DNA from: Strigamia acuminata
Taxonomy: Eukaryota
Reading direction: 5' to 3'
Assembly: GCA_949358305.1 (NCBI GenBank)
Contig: OX442314.1
Span: forward strand, 10,106,001-10,170,000
Length of the DNA stretch: 64,000 bases
Both the position numbers and the translations under genes were made by a program. Of the stretch, positions 43,184 to 55,567 are shown one piece after another. How positions within the stretch are numbered: position 1 is the first letter of the stretch; each line of letters begins with the position of its first letter. The notes beneath the pieces were generated by a model that worked only from the letters and a program-made list of their open reading frames with translations, ran no database searches and was not told the DNA's origin.

Positions 43184-44425
43184 TATAAGTAAATGATGAA
43201 AGTTTGTCCTAGAATTCTGATGATACAAAATGTCAAAAATGGCGCCCAAAACGGGGCGCCTCTTACGGCCATTTTGTTAAATTTGAAAAACTAAATTTTT
43301 TATTTACCGGTATTAAGATTCAAGGATAAATCACCAAAATTCAGGTCCAAATGGCACAAATCCAGGTGGAAATGGCACGAATTCAGGCGTCCACCTAGAC
43401 GTGGACGTGAACGTGGAAACGAAAGTTCATTTTCCCCTTAGTTTGATTTAAATGTATTAAATCTTTTACTTAAAATAAAAAATTTATTTGCCAGTTTCGT
43501 AATAAAAGAAAAGTAGTTTCATTAATTTCATAAATTAAAATAAAGAAATCAATAAAAAAAATAAAGAATGAAATAAATTCGTTGTAGGTCGTGTTGCTGC
43601 ACATGCACACTGTGTCGCTGTTCTAAAATCTAACGCTAGATGACACGCGGTACGGCAGACTTCAAACTTGTAATCTCAGTTCAAAACGTACAATTCGTTT
43701 TCAATTCGTGTTAAATACGTTTTAATTTGTGTCCAATTCGTTTTAATTCGTTTTAAACAAGTGTGGTAAGAGCCACGTATATTTTCAACCGATTGGTTGA
43801 GCCGGATTACGCCTAACTGTGGATTGTGCTCTACTATGTGGAAAAGTAGTACTGTTTCTTTTCAATGAATTTCAGTGTAAAAGTGATTAGAATGATGCAT
43901 TTTATTTAATTGGTAATAAAATATTTATTTTATTTGGCAGGCAAGCAAAGGTTTAATTTATTATTGGTTGTTTTGCCTAGTTAGATAACAATTCTGGTGT
44001 TGTGGGCTACTATTTTGTGCCACTACACCAGTGATACGGCTGAGAGTTCAGAGTATATTTGCCGATGAAAAGGAAGACTTATTTTCAACAGTAAGTATAA
44101 TAAAAGTCAGGGCCAGCTCAAGATTGGAGTGCTAAACCCAATGAGGCACCCAAAATTATTGACGAGCACTGAAAACAATGGGGACCACCATCAGGGCACA
44201 CTTAGAAATAGCACAGGACGCTGATTGACCTTGAGCCGCGCCCGCACCCACGTGTGGGGAAATAACATGTACCTTATTTTCCCACATGTGTGGGGAAATA
44301 GTCGGCCTTCTTGGGGCCAGCTGTTTCCCCATACAATATGATTACAATGTTTTGCCGAATATGCCGAATATTCGGCAAAATCATTCCAAGAAGTAAACTT
44401 AGTTGACAGTAATGTTGGAGCTATA

Positions 44426-44980
44426 CAGGGTGGTTCAGAAAGTGTGGTTCACAGTAAATAATTTCCAAACCGTTTCAGATGTTGATTTAGCAAAATGATT
44501 GTCAGGGTAGTTGCATAGTAACTCAGCTTTGTAACCTAAAACTATTAAGGCAATTAAGCTAATCCTCAATTAGGACACTTTATTGGGTCATACTTGTAAG
44601 TGGAAGAGAGGAAACACAAAAGAAATAAAGGAAATAATTTATTTTGGAAAAACATTCCAATATGATAGTTTTAGGTTACAAAGCTGAGCAGACTAACGTT
44701 TCAAACCTTTTTTTCTCAAAACTTTTGAGTAAGAGATAATTATTTTAAGAACAGTTCTAGACTAATTAGATGGTGCTCTACAACTTTTTAATTCACTTTT
44801 TCTCTCTATCTGTCACGGTTCTCGAGTTACAAGATGGATGACCTTGAAGATGACCTCTGAGGTCAAGTTGGATGTCACAATTGGATTTCCCCCAAACTAC
44901 TACCCTTACAATCATTTTGCTAAATCAACATCTAAAACGGTTTGGGAATTATTTACTGTGAACCAGACTTTCTGACCCTG
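44426..44980. mobile_element. Tc1/mariner-type MITE
   Basis: TA|CAGGGT...ACCCTG|TA ends with ~85-bp imperfect TIRs, plus an internal inverted repeat (CTCAGCTTTGTAACCTAAAACTAT). Confidence 0.8.
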
Positions 44981-45497
44981 TATAAGATTCATGGGATTCG
45001 GTAATAATATCAGCCGTGATAGTAGATAAGAATATTAGCTAATGAAATATGTGACCTTTAAATAGTGTCTTACAACATGTACGAACAGTGTATGTTCGTA
45101 CAAAAAGAAATGAGAAAATGGAATGAAGAGTGCCACCCTTATACAAAAAACGTAAGCAATGACGGATGTATCACTTGTGGGGAAATAAGGTACATGTTAT
45201 TTCCCAACACGTTTGGGGAAATAGCCTCGGTCTTATTTTTATTCAATAAAAGGCTGAAATTTGCTATAAATGCAATTTTCTAAAAATGAGAAAATAAATG
45301 CATAAATCGCCATTTTTCCAGATAAAAACGGCGATTTGTGTCTTTGTGATACCTAACATTTACGTATCAATTTTTTTTAATATTCGTATTTTGTACGTAT
45401 GCTTGATAACAACGCAATCTAGGGACAAAATTAGTCATTTATTCGAATAGGGTTCATGATTTCATAAATTGAACAAAATTTGAGCACTTTAGAGATA

Positions 45498-46065
45498 CAG
45501 TCGAAACTCTTTATAACGAATCGCAAGGGACCGGACAAATCGATTCGTTATAACGAGAATTCGTTAAAACGAATTAGCTGAAAAAAATAAAATTTCATCA
45601 TAAACAACATTATTTATTCATAAAATCATGTTAATTTTATCCCGATTCTTAAAAACTGTTGAAATTGTAAAACGGGACAAATTAAACTCAACTGCTACAA
45701 TTGGTAGCTTCTTGCCATTGTTAATGGCATTAAAAATGTTCAACTTGTCCTAAATCAAAATTTCTTTTCATTTGGCAGCCATTTTAAAACAGAAAATTTT
45801 TCATTTTTTCTAAATGTGTTCCTAACATGGGCATAGGATGTTGTGAGTGATGTGATCAGTTTCGAAAATTCGTTATAACGAGGGCTTGTTGGTATTACAG
45901 TGTACTTGAAAACTTGTTTGTTATAACGAATAATTCGTTATATTGAAATTCGTTATAACGAAAATATTTAACATGGTGTTCTATGACTGGCCAACCAAGT
46001 CATTCTTAACAATTCGTTTTTCGATAATTCGTTATATCGCGATTCGTTATAAAGAGTTTCGACTG
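45498..46065 (-). mobile_element. pogo/Tigger-derived non-autonomous element, copy 2 (inverted)
   Basis: TA|CAGTCGAAACTCTTTATAACGAATCGC...GCGATTCGTTATAAAGAGTTTCGACTG|TA; reverse-complement homolog of 42645-43183. Confidence 0.85.
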
Positions 46066-46428
46066 TATTGCATTAAATCCAAAATTTTGGAACAGACACA
46101 CAAAAATTGCTTCTTTCTTGCTTGTACGACAAGATGTTTAAATTTGGGCTAAATAGTGCACTAGAACAGGTCATTCTAAAGATATTTTTAAAAATAATAA
46201 TAAAACAGACCCATTTTAAGCTAGATACAAGGGAAATACGAATTAACTTGCGAGTCTATGGGAAAACAGTGGTGCTATCTGTATTTCAAAGTTGGTGTGA
46301 ACTACGGTAGGGGTTACAAACCCTCTTAAGTATGAATTTTTATTCAATCCAAATCTTATTATTTTGGATTTAATAAAAAAAATGTATTTTTTATTTATTT
46401 TCAAATAAAGATCTAACCCTGAGATGAG

Positions 46429-46941
46429 ATGTCAAACCATAAAACACTAGTCAACGAGTTGATTTTAAGCATAAAGTTGTTAAATCCAGCCAGCAGTTCT
46501 ACTTCTTCGCAGGGAAAAGTTAAGTCTGCACAACAAATTATCAATAAGGTTTTTGAGATTGGTAAGCTTCAGGTGGATTTCAGTGAAGAAGACAAAAAAG
46601 ACATTGGATATTGGATTCCTGAGGCTTGTACAGCTATTGGATTGTGCGTAAACTACACAGCTTGTGGCTTGGTCAATGATCCACTGAAATCTGCTTGTAA
46701 GCAGCGATCAGCTATACAGTTTTTGCTCGACAAATTTGGTGATTTTCCATCCGAAGATAAGAAGACCGTCAGAACAAAGCTGGAAGAATCGGACATTGGT
46801 GAAATCATCAAAGTGTGCGACCACGTTATTAAGAAGTGGACGGATAACCCTGATATTCCTCCATTGGATCCTGAGGACGATTATAGAGTCAAGATTGATA
46901 TTAAAGGAGTGCCAGAATCCCATACTTGGTGGCCTAAGTAA
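46429..46941 (+). CDS. Orphan protein, 170 aa, single coding exon
   Basis: Uninterrupted, non-repetitive ORF of normal globular composition in AT-rich DNA. Putative acceptor AG at 46409-46410. Ends GVPESHTWWPK. Confidence 0.65.
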   Translation: MSNHKTLVNELILSIKLLNPASSSTSSQGKVKSAQQIINKVFEIGKLQVDFSEEDKKDIGYWIPEACTAIGLCVNYTACGLVNDPLKSACKQRSAIQFLLDKFGDFPSEDKKTVRTKLEESDIGEIIKVCDHVIKKWTDNPDIPPLDPEDDYRVKIDIKGVPESHTWWPK

Positions 46942-47144
46942 AAGTAAAAATCTTTATAGACTCATGAAATGCTACAACACTTCTGTCTGCTATTTTTGTA
47001 TTTTCTACCTTTTGTAAGTAAATTTTGTCCGTCAAAAAAATCAAATTTCTTCTGCGTTGTCTATATTCTTCTACTGCTTTATTATCCAACTAACCTGTGT
47101 GTTGTATTCAATGCTTTTACTAAAACATGCATTAAGGAATAATA

Positions 47145-47287
47145 CAGTCGAGCCTCGTTTTAACGAATTGCAATAGACCCAAAAAACATGACATTTTATG
47201 GCCAACCAATAACCTACTAAGCGATTTTTTAGTATTCGTTTTACATAAAATTTGTTATATCTCAGTTCGTTATAACAAGGTTTGACT
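47145..47287. mobile_element. Short degenerate Tigger-like MITE
   Basis: TA|CAGTCGAGCCTCGTTTTAACGAA...TTCGTTATAACAAGGTTTGACT; related to the 42.6 and 45.5 kb TIRs. Confidence 0.55.
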
Positions 47288-47576
47288 AAATTATTTTTAG
47301 ACTAACATATGTCAATAGCCTTATCATTTCATTAATATTCAGTAATCTTTTTACATCTTATGCTGATACTTGCTTCTCGCGGCAAATTTTCAGGAGTGGT
47401 GGGTGGAGAAAAAACTGTAGTGCATAATTACTTTGCTTAAGTAATTAATTTCTGTCTGTTGTAGGTATAGATCCACAGAACCTGGCAAATAATTGATTTC
47501 AAGTTTAAATAAGCAAATTACATTGAGAGCAATTATTTTGAAGATAAACTGAGTTGTTCTTTTTAAAATCTTGAAA

Positions 47577-48599
47577 ATGGCAGAAGCACAGGCAGAACCA
47601 CAGACAGCTGTAGTTCGAAAATTTTGTCGAGTGTTAGATGTACAATTAATTGAAAATGTTTATATCAGAGGACAACAAATTTTTCAAGTAATGCCTCCTC
47701 AAATATTAAACCGGCTGACAAGACTTCTAAAGAGAATTGAAAATAGTAATTTTAAATTTGATTTAATGATTCATAGCATTGTTGAATTTGTAAAAAGACA
47801 CCGGATAATAGAAGTTCTTGATTTTATTAGCTTAGCTGAATTTGTTATTCAATTTACGGGAGAAGTGGCACATCAATTTGAATGTAGTTACCAAAAAGCT
47901 GTTTCGACAGGTGAACTAGAGATATTTTATAAAACATATCCTAAATGTCCAAAAGATTATTTAGCTCGCAATGAATACTTTGCTTTTGGGATATTAAACA
48001 TGATACTTGTTTGCCGAGAAAGGTTCGATCATTCCTTGCCTATCAATCCTTGCCACAACAGATTCCTTTACCACTACTTGAGCGAATACCACGACTTGAG
48101 TGAACACCACCACTTGAGCGAATTGCTAGACTTGAGCAAATACAACTTACTGGTATGGTACTATCGGTGTGACAATTATTATTCCCTTGACGATGACCTT
48201 GGACTTGCTCCTGTTTGCATGGAATCCATGTGGTCTGACTTTGGCTCAATATTAACAGGCGTGAATGCTCGAAATACAACGTTTGAAATTGACGTTGAGG
48301 GATTCAATCGCCCATTGAATTATTTCTCGAATGGTTATTCGGGCACTTATCACTATTACAAACATCGCAGAATTGGAGTTAGTATGTTGACCATTGCGAT
48401 GTATTTCGAATTGATTCCAGTTGCAACTCAACAAGCTTTGATTAGTCCAAGGGGTGAAAGGTTTCTAAAAGATTCCAATGATTTAAGTACCCTAGTAGAG
48501 GAAGTTAAAATTAAAGGTTATAGAGAAAAATTTAAGATCGTGTTGAGATGGGTAAATAGACAAATTTTTGTTGCTTCTTTTTATTATGTAGATGAGTAG
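47577..48599 (+). CDS. Orphan protein, ~340 aa, single coding exon
   Basis: 1 kb ORF with ATG in AAAATGG context, acceptor TGTAG ending at 47464, AATAAA near 48650 and 48680. No recognised domain. Confidence 0.65.
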   Translation: MAEAQAEPQTAVVRKFCRVLDVQLIENVYIRGQQIFQVMPPQILNRLTRLLKRIENSNFKFDLMIHSIVEFVKRHRIIEVLDFISLAEFVIQFTGEVAHQFECSYQKAVSTGELEIFYKTYPKCPKDYLARNEYFAFGILNMILVCRERFDHSLPINPCHNRFLYHYLSEYHDLSEHHHLSELLDLSKYNLLVWYYRCDNYYSLDDDLGLAPVCMESMWSDFGSILTGVNARNTTFEIDVEGFNRPLNYFSNGYSGTYHYYKHRRIGVSMLTIAMYFELIPVATQQALISPRGERFLKDSNDLSTLVEEVKIKGYREKFKIVLRWVNRQIFVASFYYVDE

Positions 48600-48848
48600 A
48601 GAACAGTTTTCTGGCGGTTTGTAGCGTTGAGGATATTACAACAAATTTTAATAAACTGTTAATCACAAATAATTTTTATAATAAACATTTTTTTTTATCC
48701 ATAACCACAACTGCGAATTGTTGTATTAAACCAAACCTTTTTATATCATACATCACACAACAGACAATCTATTGCTTGAGACAACAAGTAAAACCAAATG
48801 AAATTTCTTTCTCTTTATTAAACCGTACATAATATTTTAGAGATTTAT

Positions 48849-51007
48849 TCAGCTGACACAGCCAGTTAAATTAATTAAGGTATTACTGGCTTCCACAAGT
48901 TCAGCGATAGAAACACGACCCCGTTGACGAATAAAGCGCGACACGGATTCGAGTTCTTCTCGGGACACGTAAATGAATTTGCCCCTGTCGTCGATCACGC
49001 CGGTTAAGTGTCCAGACTTTTGAAGCGACTGTAAACGCTCAATGGTGTCCTGAGTCTTTAATTTAAACGTCGCTGCCAAATCCTCCATTAAGACCACTTT
49101 GTTTTTCTAAAAAAGATTCAATTAATGTTTTTCATTTAGAATCAATCGTATAATCTACCTTAATATGATCGATAAACTGTCGCAACAAATCTTTAGTCTG
49201 AAATAAACAAATAAGTACAACGAATTACAACAAATGTGACGGATCGTATTCTGGGGGATGAGCATTTCGTCGGCATAAAAACGTAGTTTTTAGTTACAAA
49301 AAAGTTAACTAAGGTAAGAAACATTTATATTTTGATGAAAATATGCAATTTTTTAAGCAGATAGCACTTTTTGATGCAACGTTTGATGCAAAAAGCAGTT
49401 TTTCATGCATTTTTTTTTTTACAAATGAGGCAGATATTTAATTTTTTCATTATATATGCAATTTTTGATGCTTATATGCAATTTTTGATGCTTATATGCA
49501 ATTTTTGATGCTTATATGCAATTTTTGATGCTTATATGCAATATTTGATGCTTATATGCAATTTTTGATGCTTATATGCAACTTTTGATGCTTATATGCA
49601 ATTTTTGATGCAAAAATGCAAATTTTTGATGCAAAAATGCAAATTTTTGATGCAAAAATGCAAATTTTTGATGCAAAATTGCAAATTTTGATGCAATTTT
49701 TGATGCAAAAATGCAAATTTTGATGCAATTTTTGATGCAAAAATGCAAATTTTGATGCAAAAAGCAGTTTTTCATGCAATTTTTATTTTTACAAATGAGG
49801 CAGATATGTAATTTTTGATGCAAAATATGCAATTTCTTGTGCAAAATGCATTTCTTGGTGCAAAATGCACTTTCTCGAAACGAAATCCTTTTTTTGAAGG
49901 AAATATTTAATTTTTTGATCATATATGCAATTTTTGATGCTTATATGCAATTTTTGATGCTTATACAGTATGCAATTTTGATGCAAAAATGCAATTTTTG
50001 ATGCTAAAATGCAATTTATGATGCGAAAATGCAATTTTTGATGCGAAAATGCAATTTGTGACGCAAAGATGCAATTTTTTTATGCAAAAATGCAGTTTTT
50101 GATGCAAAAAGCACTTTTCAAACACACATCCAATTATTATTTTTTTTTATACTAAATTCCAACCTCGGTTTCACCCTGCAGTTGATCAAAACCAGAATCC
50201 TCAACACTGAAACTCTCTTTCAACAACAAATATTCCTCATGTTCCTTCTTCGCCAACTCTTCTTTCCTCAACCGTTCTTCCTCTTCCTACAAAAAAAACA
50301 AAAAAAAAACACAATTTAACCCAAAAAAGCCACAAATCCAAAAAAAAACTACAAAACCAAAATACCAATTTCGCCTGCTCCGCCTTCTCCTTCTCCTCTT
50401 CCTTCTTCCTCTGCTCATCCAACATCAACTGACGCTGTTTCCTCTCCTCTCGCTCCTCTTCGTCTCTCTAAAACAAACCCCCACCATTAAAAAAACCAAA
50501 CCAAACACTCCAACATCAACCAACCTCTCTCTGCAATTTTTTCTCCGCCTTCATCTCGAGTTTTTTCCGCTTCTTAGCGCCGATTTTTCCTTCCGGCAGC
50601 GCGATATGTTCGGCGAGCGGATCCTCTTCCTCATCGTCATCCTCAACAGCTAAGAAAGATTAAAAAATAACATAAAAATTGTGTTCGTTAATTCATTTCA
50701 GACGGTAAAAACCTTCTTCTTCCTCAACATGGTGTCGCAAATGCCTTCCACGACTCCGTCTAGCTCTTATAAATCGAGCGGCATCTTGATCTAGGTTTTG
50801 CCTCACCGCAGCAACCCGAGGTTGTATTTCCTGATTCTCCTCACCGACGTCAGGGGTTTTGTCTAAAATACACAAATCACTTAATTTAACACTTCTAAAG
50901 GTCTAAAATACCTTACCGTTCGTTAATTTCGGCCGTAATAAGGCTATCAATATGAGAAATATCGATATTAGTGCGATTACGGCTATTACGAGCACCACGT
51001 CCACCAT
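48849..51007 (-). CDS. DDRGK1: DDRGK domain-containing protein 1 (UFBP1)
   Basis: N-terminal [43 protein letters not shown], Glu/Lys coiled coil, PCI-like [15 protein letters not shown]...[23 protein letters not shown]. Confidence 0.95.
49340..50115. repeat. 20/21-bp intronic minisatellite (DDRGK1)
   Basis: ATTTTTGATGCTTATATGCA and AATTTTTGATGCAAAAATGCA arrays. Confidence 0.95.
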
Positions 51008-51321
51008 ATTGAGTTCTTGACACAAATTACCGAAATGTTCACTGCACGCTACCGTAGTTTGTCGCTTCGTGACCCGGGCGCCACGATCGAAAGTGCGGCG
51101 TAAATAAACAAAATGGCGATGTCCTATGAGGAAAACTGTATGGATTTCTTTTTGTTTACATTACAAAGGGAATTTCTACGAATGAAGCCATGGAAACGAT
51201 GAACTGAATTAAAGGATTATCAATTTTTGCGTCATGTAAGTGGAGATGTAATTTCTGCGTGCCTAGTTTGAACTAATTATGTTGTTTTATGTTGTTTTTA
51301 GGTTATTTTAAAGCCGTAATT

Positions 51322-54136
51322 ATGTTGAACACTGGCAAAAAGGAATCTGGAACAGGTTTTACACATTTTTACACATTTTATTTGCTTTATTTGATTTTAA
51401 ATTTTAAATTTCAGGATGTGAAACTCCGGGTTCGTCAAGTGGTTTTGTGAAAAGTTCAGCGTACGCGCCCGTGTCATTGAATTTAATGGGAATGTATTTG
51501 GTTAAAGAGCACATGAATGCTCATTACAAACGAATTTACAATGTTAAAGGTGTTTAATTTAATTTTTTGGAGTTTGGAACGGATGTGAATTGTTTTTTTA
51601 ATTGTTTTGATGTTTTTTTTTAGCTGCTGTTGATACTAAACCGCCGCATTCGATACAAAATCGAATAAAATCGGCAGGAGGAGCGTCGAGGTGCAGTTCG
51701 AGACAGAGTTATGCGAAGTCTCCTCATTTTCAACACGATGGCAACGACGGAAGGAGCGCGAATTTTAATTTCATTGATAAAATCGATAAGTATTTAGAGT
51801 CGGTTCGAGATTATGCATCTTCACCATCAACGTCGGTTAAAAATTGCTGTAGGAATTCATCCGCACATCGTATTCGAGTAGGTTAAACGTGGTTGTGGTG
51901 ATTTATAATTGTGTGATGTTTTTTTTTTTTTGGTTTTAGGAAGGGTCGAGAAATGGTCAATCGAATGTCAAATATGAATACACAGAAGCACCAAATGTAA
52001 ATTTGTTAGGGTTTGTGTATTTAGAATTGGGTTAAAATTGGTTTAATACGGTTTTAGTTGGTTAATTGAATTTTTTTCATGATTTTTCTTGGTTTTTATG
52101 TTTTTTTTAAATGGTTTTTATCGTTTATCATGGTTTTTCATGTTTTTTTCATGTTTTTTCATGTTTTACATGATTTTTCATAATATTTTAAAATGGTTTT
52201 TAATGGTTTTCATGAATTTTTATGAGTTTTCATGTTTTTAAAATGTTTTTTCATGTTTTTTAAATGTTTTTTCATGTTTTTTAAATGTTTTTTCATGGTT
52301 TTTAAATGTTTTTTCATGATTTTTCACGGTTTTTCATAATTTTTCATGATTTTTCATGATTTTTCTTGATTTTTCATGATTTTTTTTGTAATTTTTTATA
52401 ACTTTTTATGATTTTTTGTAATTTTTTATGTGTTTTTGTAATTTTTTATGATTTTTTATAAAACAAAAATATTATTATATTTTATATTTTAACTGGAACT
52501 ATTTTTCATACAACGAATTTATTTTTTACAGAGAAAATACAGCACATGTAACAAATATTGCAATCACGAGAAACGTGTTGTTCCGGCACTGAGAATTCAG
52601 CGCGATTTGGATCATGCGCGATGGTTGAAGGACCAAGCACGTAAATTTAGGGCCGACCAAAGGTTAAGCGAATTAGAAAGATTCGACAAATCATTCGAGG
52701 ATTTCGACGACGATAACAATTACGACGAGTGCGATAGGGATTTGCCGAACGACACCGAAGAAGCGGATTATGAGTTAGTAATTCCAAAATTAATTAAAAT
52801 CACATAGAATAATAAATTTTATTCCAGGGATTTCGTGACTATAAATTCGCCCGTGGAGTCCCCGATGAGCTTAAGGGATCGTGCAATGTTAGCACCATTA
52901 AGTAATCCACGAATTAAATCGTCAAACCGATACTCCAGTATGAGATCTTTGGTCAAAGAACAACTGGAAGCAGAGTAGGGATTAGCTTTTCTAACTAAAA
53001 ATAACTATTTTGGATCTAAAAATGCATTTTTCCACCTAAAATACATATTTTGAACATCCAAATATGCATTTTCCACATAAAAATGCAGCTTTACAAGTAA
53101 AAAGTGCAATTTTACACGTAAAAAGTGCAATTTTACACGTAAAATGTGCAATTTTACACGTAAAAAGTGCAATTTTACACGTAAAAAATGCAAAAACTGC
53201 ATTTTTGCAGCGGAAAAGTGCAGTTATACATGAAAGCGCCTTGTTGAGGTTATTTCAATGTTTGTTATTTATTCAGGGAAGAAGAATTGAGGTATTTAGA
53301 GTTTATAACGGATGTAACCAATGACATTTTGCTCCGTGGTGTTTACACAGACAGGTGAAGTTTATTTTTATTTTTTTTAAATCAGAAAATGGATTTAAAA
53401 ATTATTTTATTTCTATTTTAGGGCGCTGAAACAAGTTTTCCAATATCACATGAACAGAAGAAATGATTTAAATTTTGTAAGATTCATTTATTTAAAATTT
53501 ATTCATGAAATTTTATTTTATTTTATTTTTTTTAATTTCAAGAGCAAAATGAAAAATCTGTTAGGAAAACTTCAAGACGATTTGGGCATTCCGCGATTCG
53601 AGAAACAATTCCCATCGAGCTTCGTGGAACCGAATTCAAAAGAAAAAAATATTTCGACACACAATCCGACAAGAAACGAACCGGAAGTGGCCGAAAATGG
53701 CGACTCGCCCAGTGGAAAAACGCCAGCAAATAAAAAAACAACCGTTCATTTCAGTCCTAACTTGGAGAAAGAAGAAACGTCGATAAACGACGAACCGGAA
53801 ATGAACGAAAACGAATGGGAATTTGGTGAAAACGAAGAAAATAACGAAAATTCGAGGCAAGATGGCGGAAATGGGAGGAAAACCGACGAAAAAGCGAACC
53901 AAGATGGCGGAAATGAAGCGATTATCAAAGAAAAGAGCAACGGGGAGTTGGATGCAGAGTGGGAATTAAGTCGACAACTTGTCGGTGACTTGAGTGACGA
54001 CAGTGACGAGGAAATCTCGGAAGATGAATCGTTGGAAGACGACGACTTGGAAGTGGATGAGAATGATGAAGCCTACGCGCCATCTGTGGGCGATTACTCG
54101 GACGAAGATTTCTGTTCGTCGCGATCGGAAAATTGA
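51322..54136 (+). CDS. SPATA7: SPATA7-like (HSD3) ciliary protein, ~9 coding exons
   Basis: Spliced motifs YLVKEHMNAHYKRIYNVK|AAVDTKPP and EEELRYLEFITDVTNDILLRGVYTD|RALKQVF...KMKNLLGKLQDDLG match the two conserved SPATA7 blocks; acidic tail. The ATG assignment is less certain than the identity. Confidence 0.82.
52070..52460. repeat. 10/21-bp intronic repeat (SPATA7); another 21-bp array lies at 53090-53195
   Basis: TTTTCATGAT and TCATGTTTTTTAAATGTTTTT arrays; AAAAGTGCAATTTTACACGTA at 53.1 kb. Confidence 0.9.
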
Positions 54137-54676
54137 AATATTTTCATTTTAAAATTGTATATATTTATTTATTAAAATTGTAGATAACGATTTATTTATG
54201 ATGCTGGCATCTTTGGATTAATAAATATAATTTTACGAGTCGGACTTTAGCGCGTATTTATTAAGTTGGTTTGATTTGGCAAATTGCGACGTCTAGTGGG
54301 TATTATTTGAAACGTTTTGCAAATGGCGATGTGGGAAGCTGGACGACGATGAGTTTTATTGTTTAATTTAATACTAGCAAACCAGCAAAATATTCAACTT
54401 TTGACTAAAAACATCCAATTATTGATTAAGATCGTTTAATTTTTGTGTGAAGAATTGAACCAAAATGGCCACTTTTTGTGCGTTTTCTTGAACCGCTCTT
54501 GGCTTTTACTCGTGTTTTTTGGTGGTGTATATTTCACCTGCAAGCATTAGAACATTAGAACATTGTGGCGTGAATAAGGATTCAGTTTTGCTAATTCCAA
54601 ACACATTGAATTGAATTATTTTACTTTTATTATTTTATATTTTTTAAAGCAATCAACACATTACTATTTAGAAAAA

Positions 54677-55098
54677 TCATAAATTGAAAAGGGAATCGAA
54701 TGGGTCGCCTTCATCAAACAAATTGAAGTTTTGATTTGATGATTGCCGGTTTGGATATTGGTTGTTTGGATATTGTTGGTATGGTCGGTCTTCCTCTTCT
54801 GGGAATAATAGGTTTCCGTTATCTGGGAATAATGGGTCTTCGTATCCTGGGAATAAATCGTCTGTGTCTTTTTCATCTGGGAATAATCGGTCTTCGTCTT
54901 CGTCTTCGTCTTCGTCTTCGTATTCTGGGTATAGTAGATCGTCTATGTATCGTCTATCTAAATTGTCTAAGCCAGGTTGAAAGGAACGGTCGCAGAAAGC
55001 CAAAAAATTGTCTTATTTAAAAAAGGAATCTTACCTCTGCTACAACTGCAAATGCCGGCCAACGGCACGAGACAAAAGAGGATTAAAATTAGCTTCAT
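54677..55098 (-). CDS. Small secreted acidic low-complexity protein (~117 aa)
   Basis: Exon 55098-55035 (MKLILILFCLVPLAGICSCSR, signal peptide), 68-nt phase-1 intron, exon 54966-54677 with Asp/Glu runs and repeated LFP motifs. Confidence 0.75.
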
Positions 55099-55567
55099 TT
55101 GGACTGGGAAATAGAGATTTATTATAATTGATTTGATATTTTAATTAAATTATTATGTTTATTATTACCTTATGCTGGACTGACAAGTGAGACTAATGAA
55201 TCTTGCTGACTGCAGAATTTTTTGAAGGCAAATGAGGTGATTAAACATTTAGAGCAGAAATTGATTTTACATTTTTAATTAATTTATTAAGTGTTTAATT
55301 AATTTTATTATTTTTTAACACTTGGTTAAATACACCTATCAATTAAATGAAAGCGTCATTAATTGATTTTTTTTTATTTAAACAAATAAAGAGAATTTAA
55401 AAACGTTAACAATTTTGATATATTTAATTTTATGAAGTATTTTAATGAAGTGCTGAACAGAAATGTGAATAAATGCGCAATAAGACAAACGCGCAAAATA
55501 AAAGTAAAGCATTTGAATAAACGCCCAAATATAATGTTAGTAAACGCGCAATAAGAAATTGATTTAA

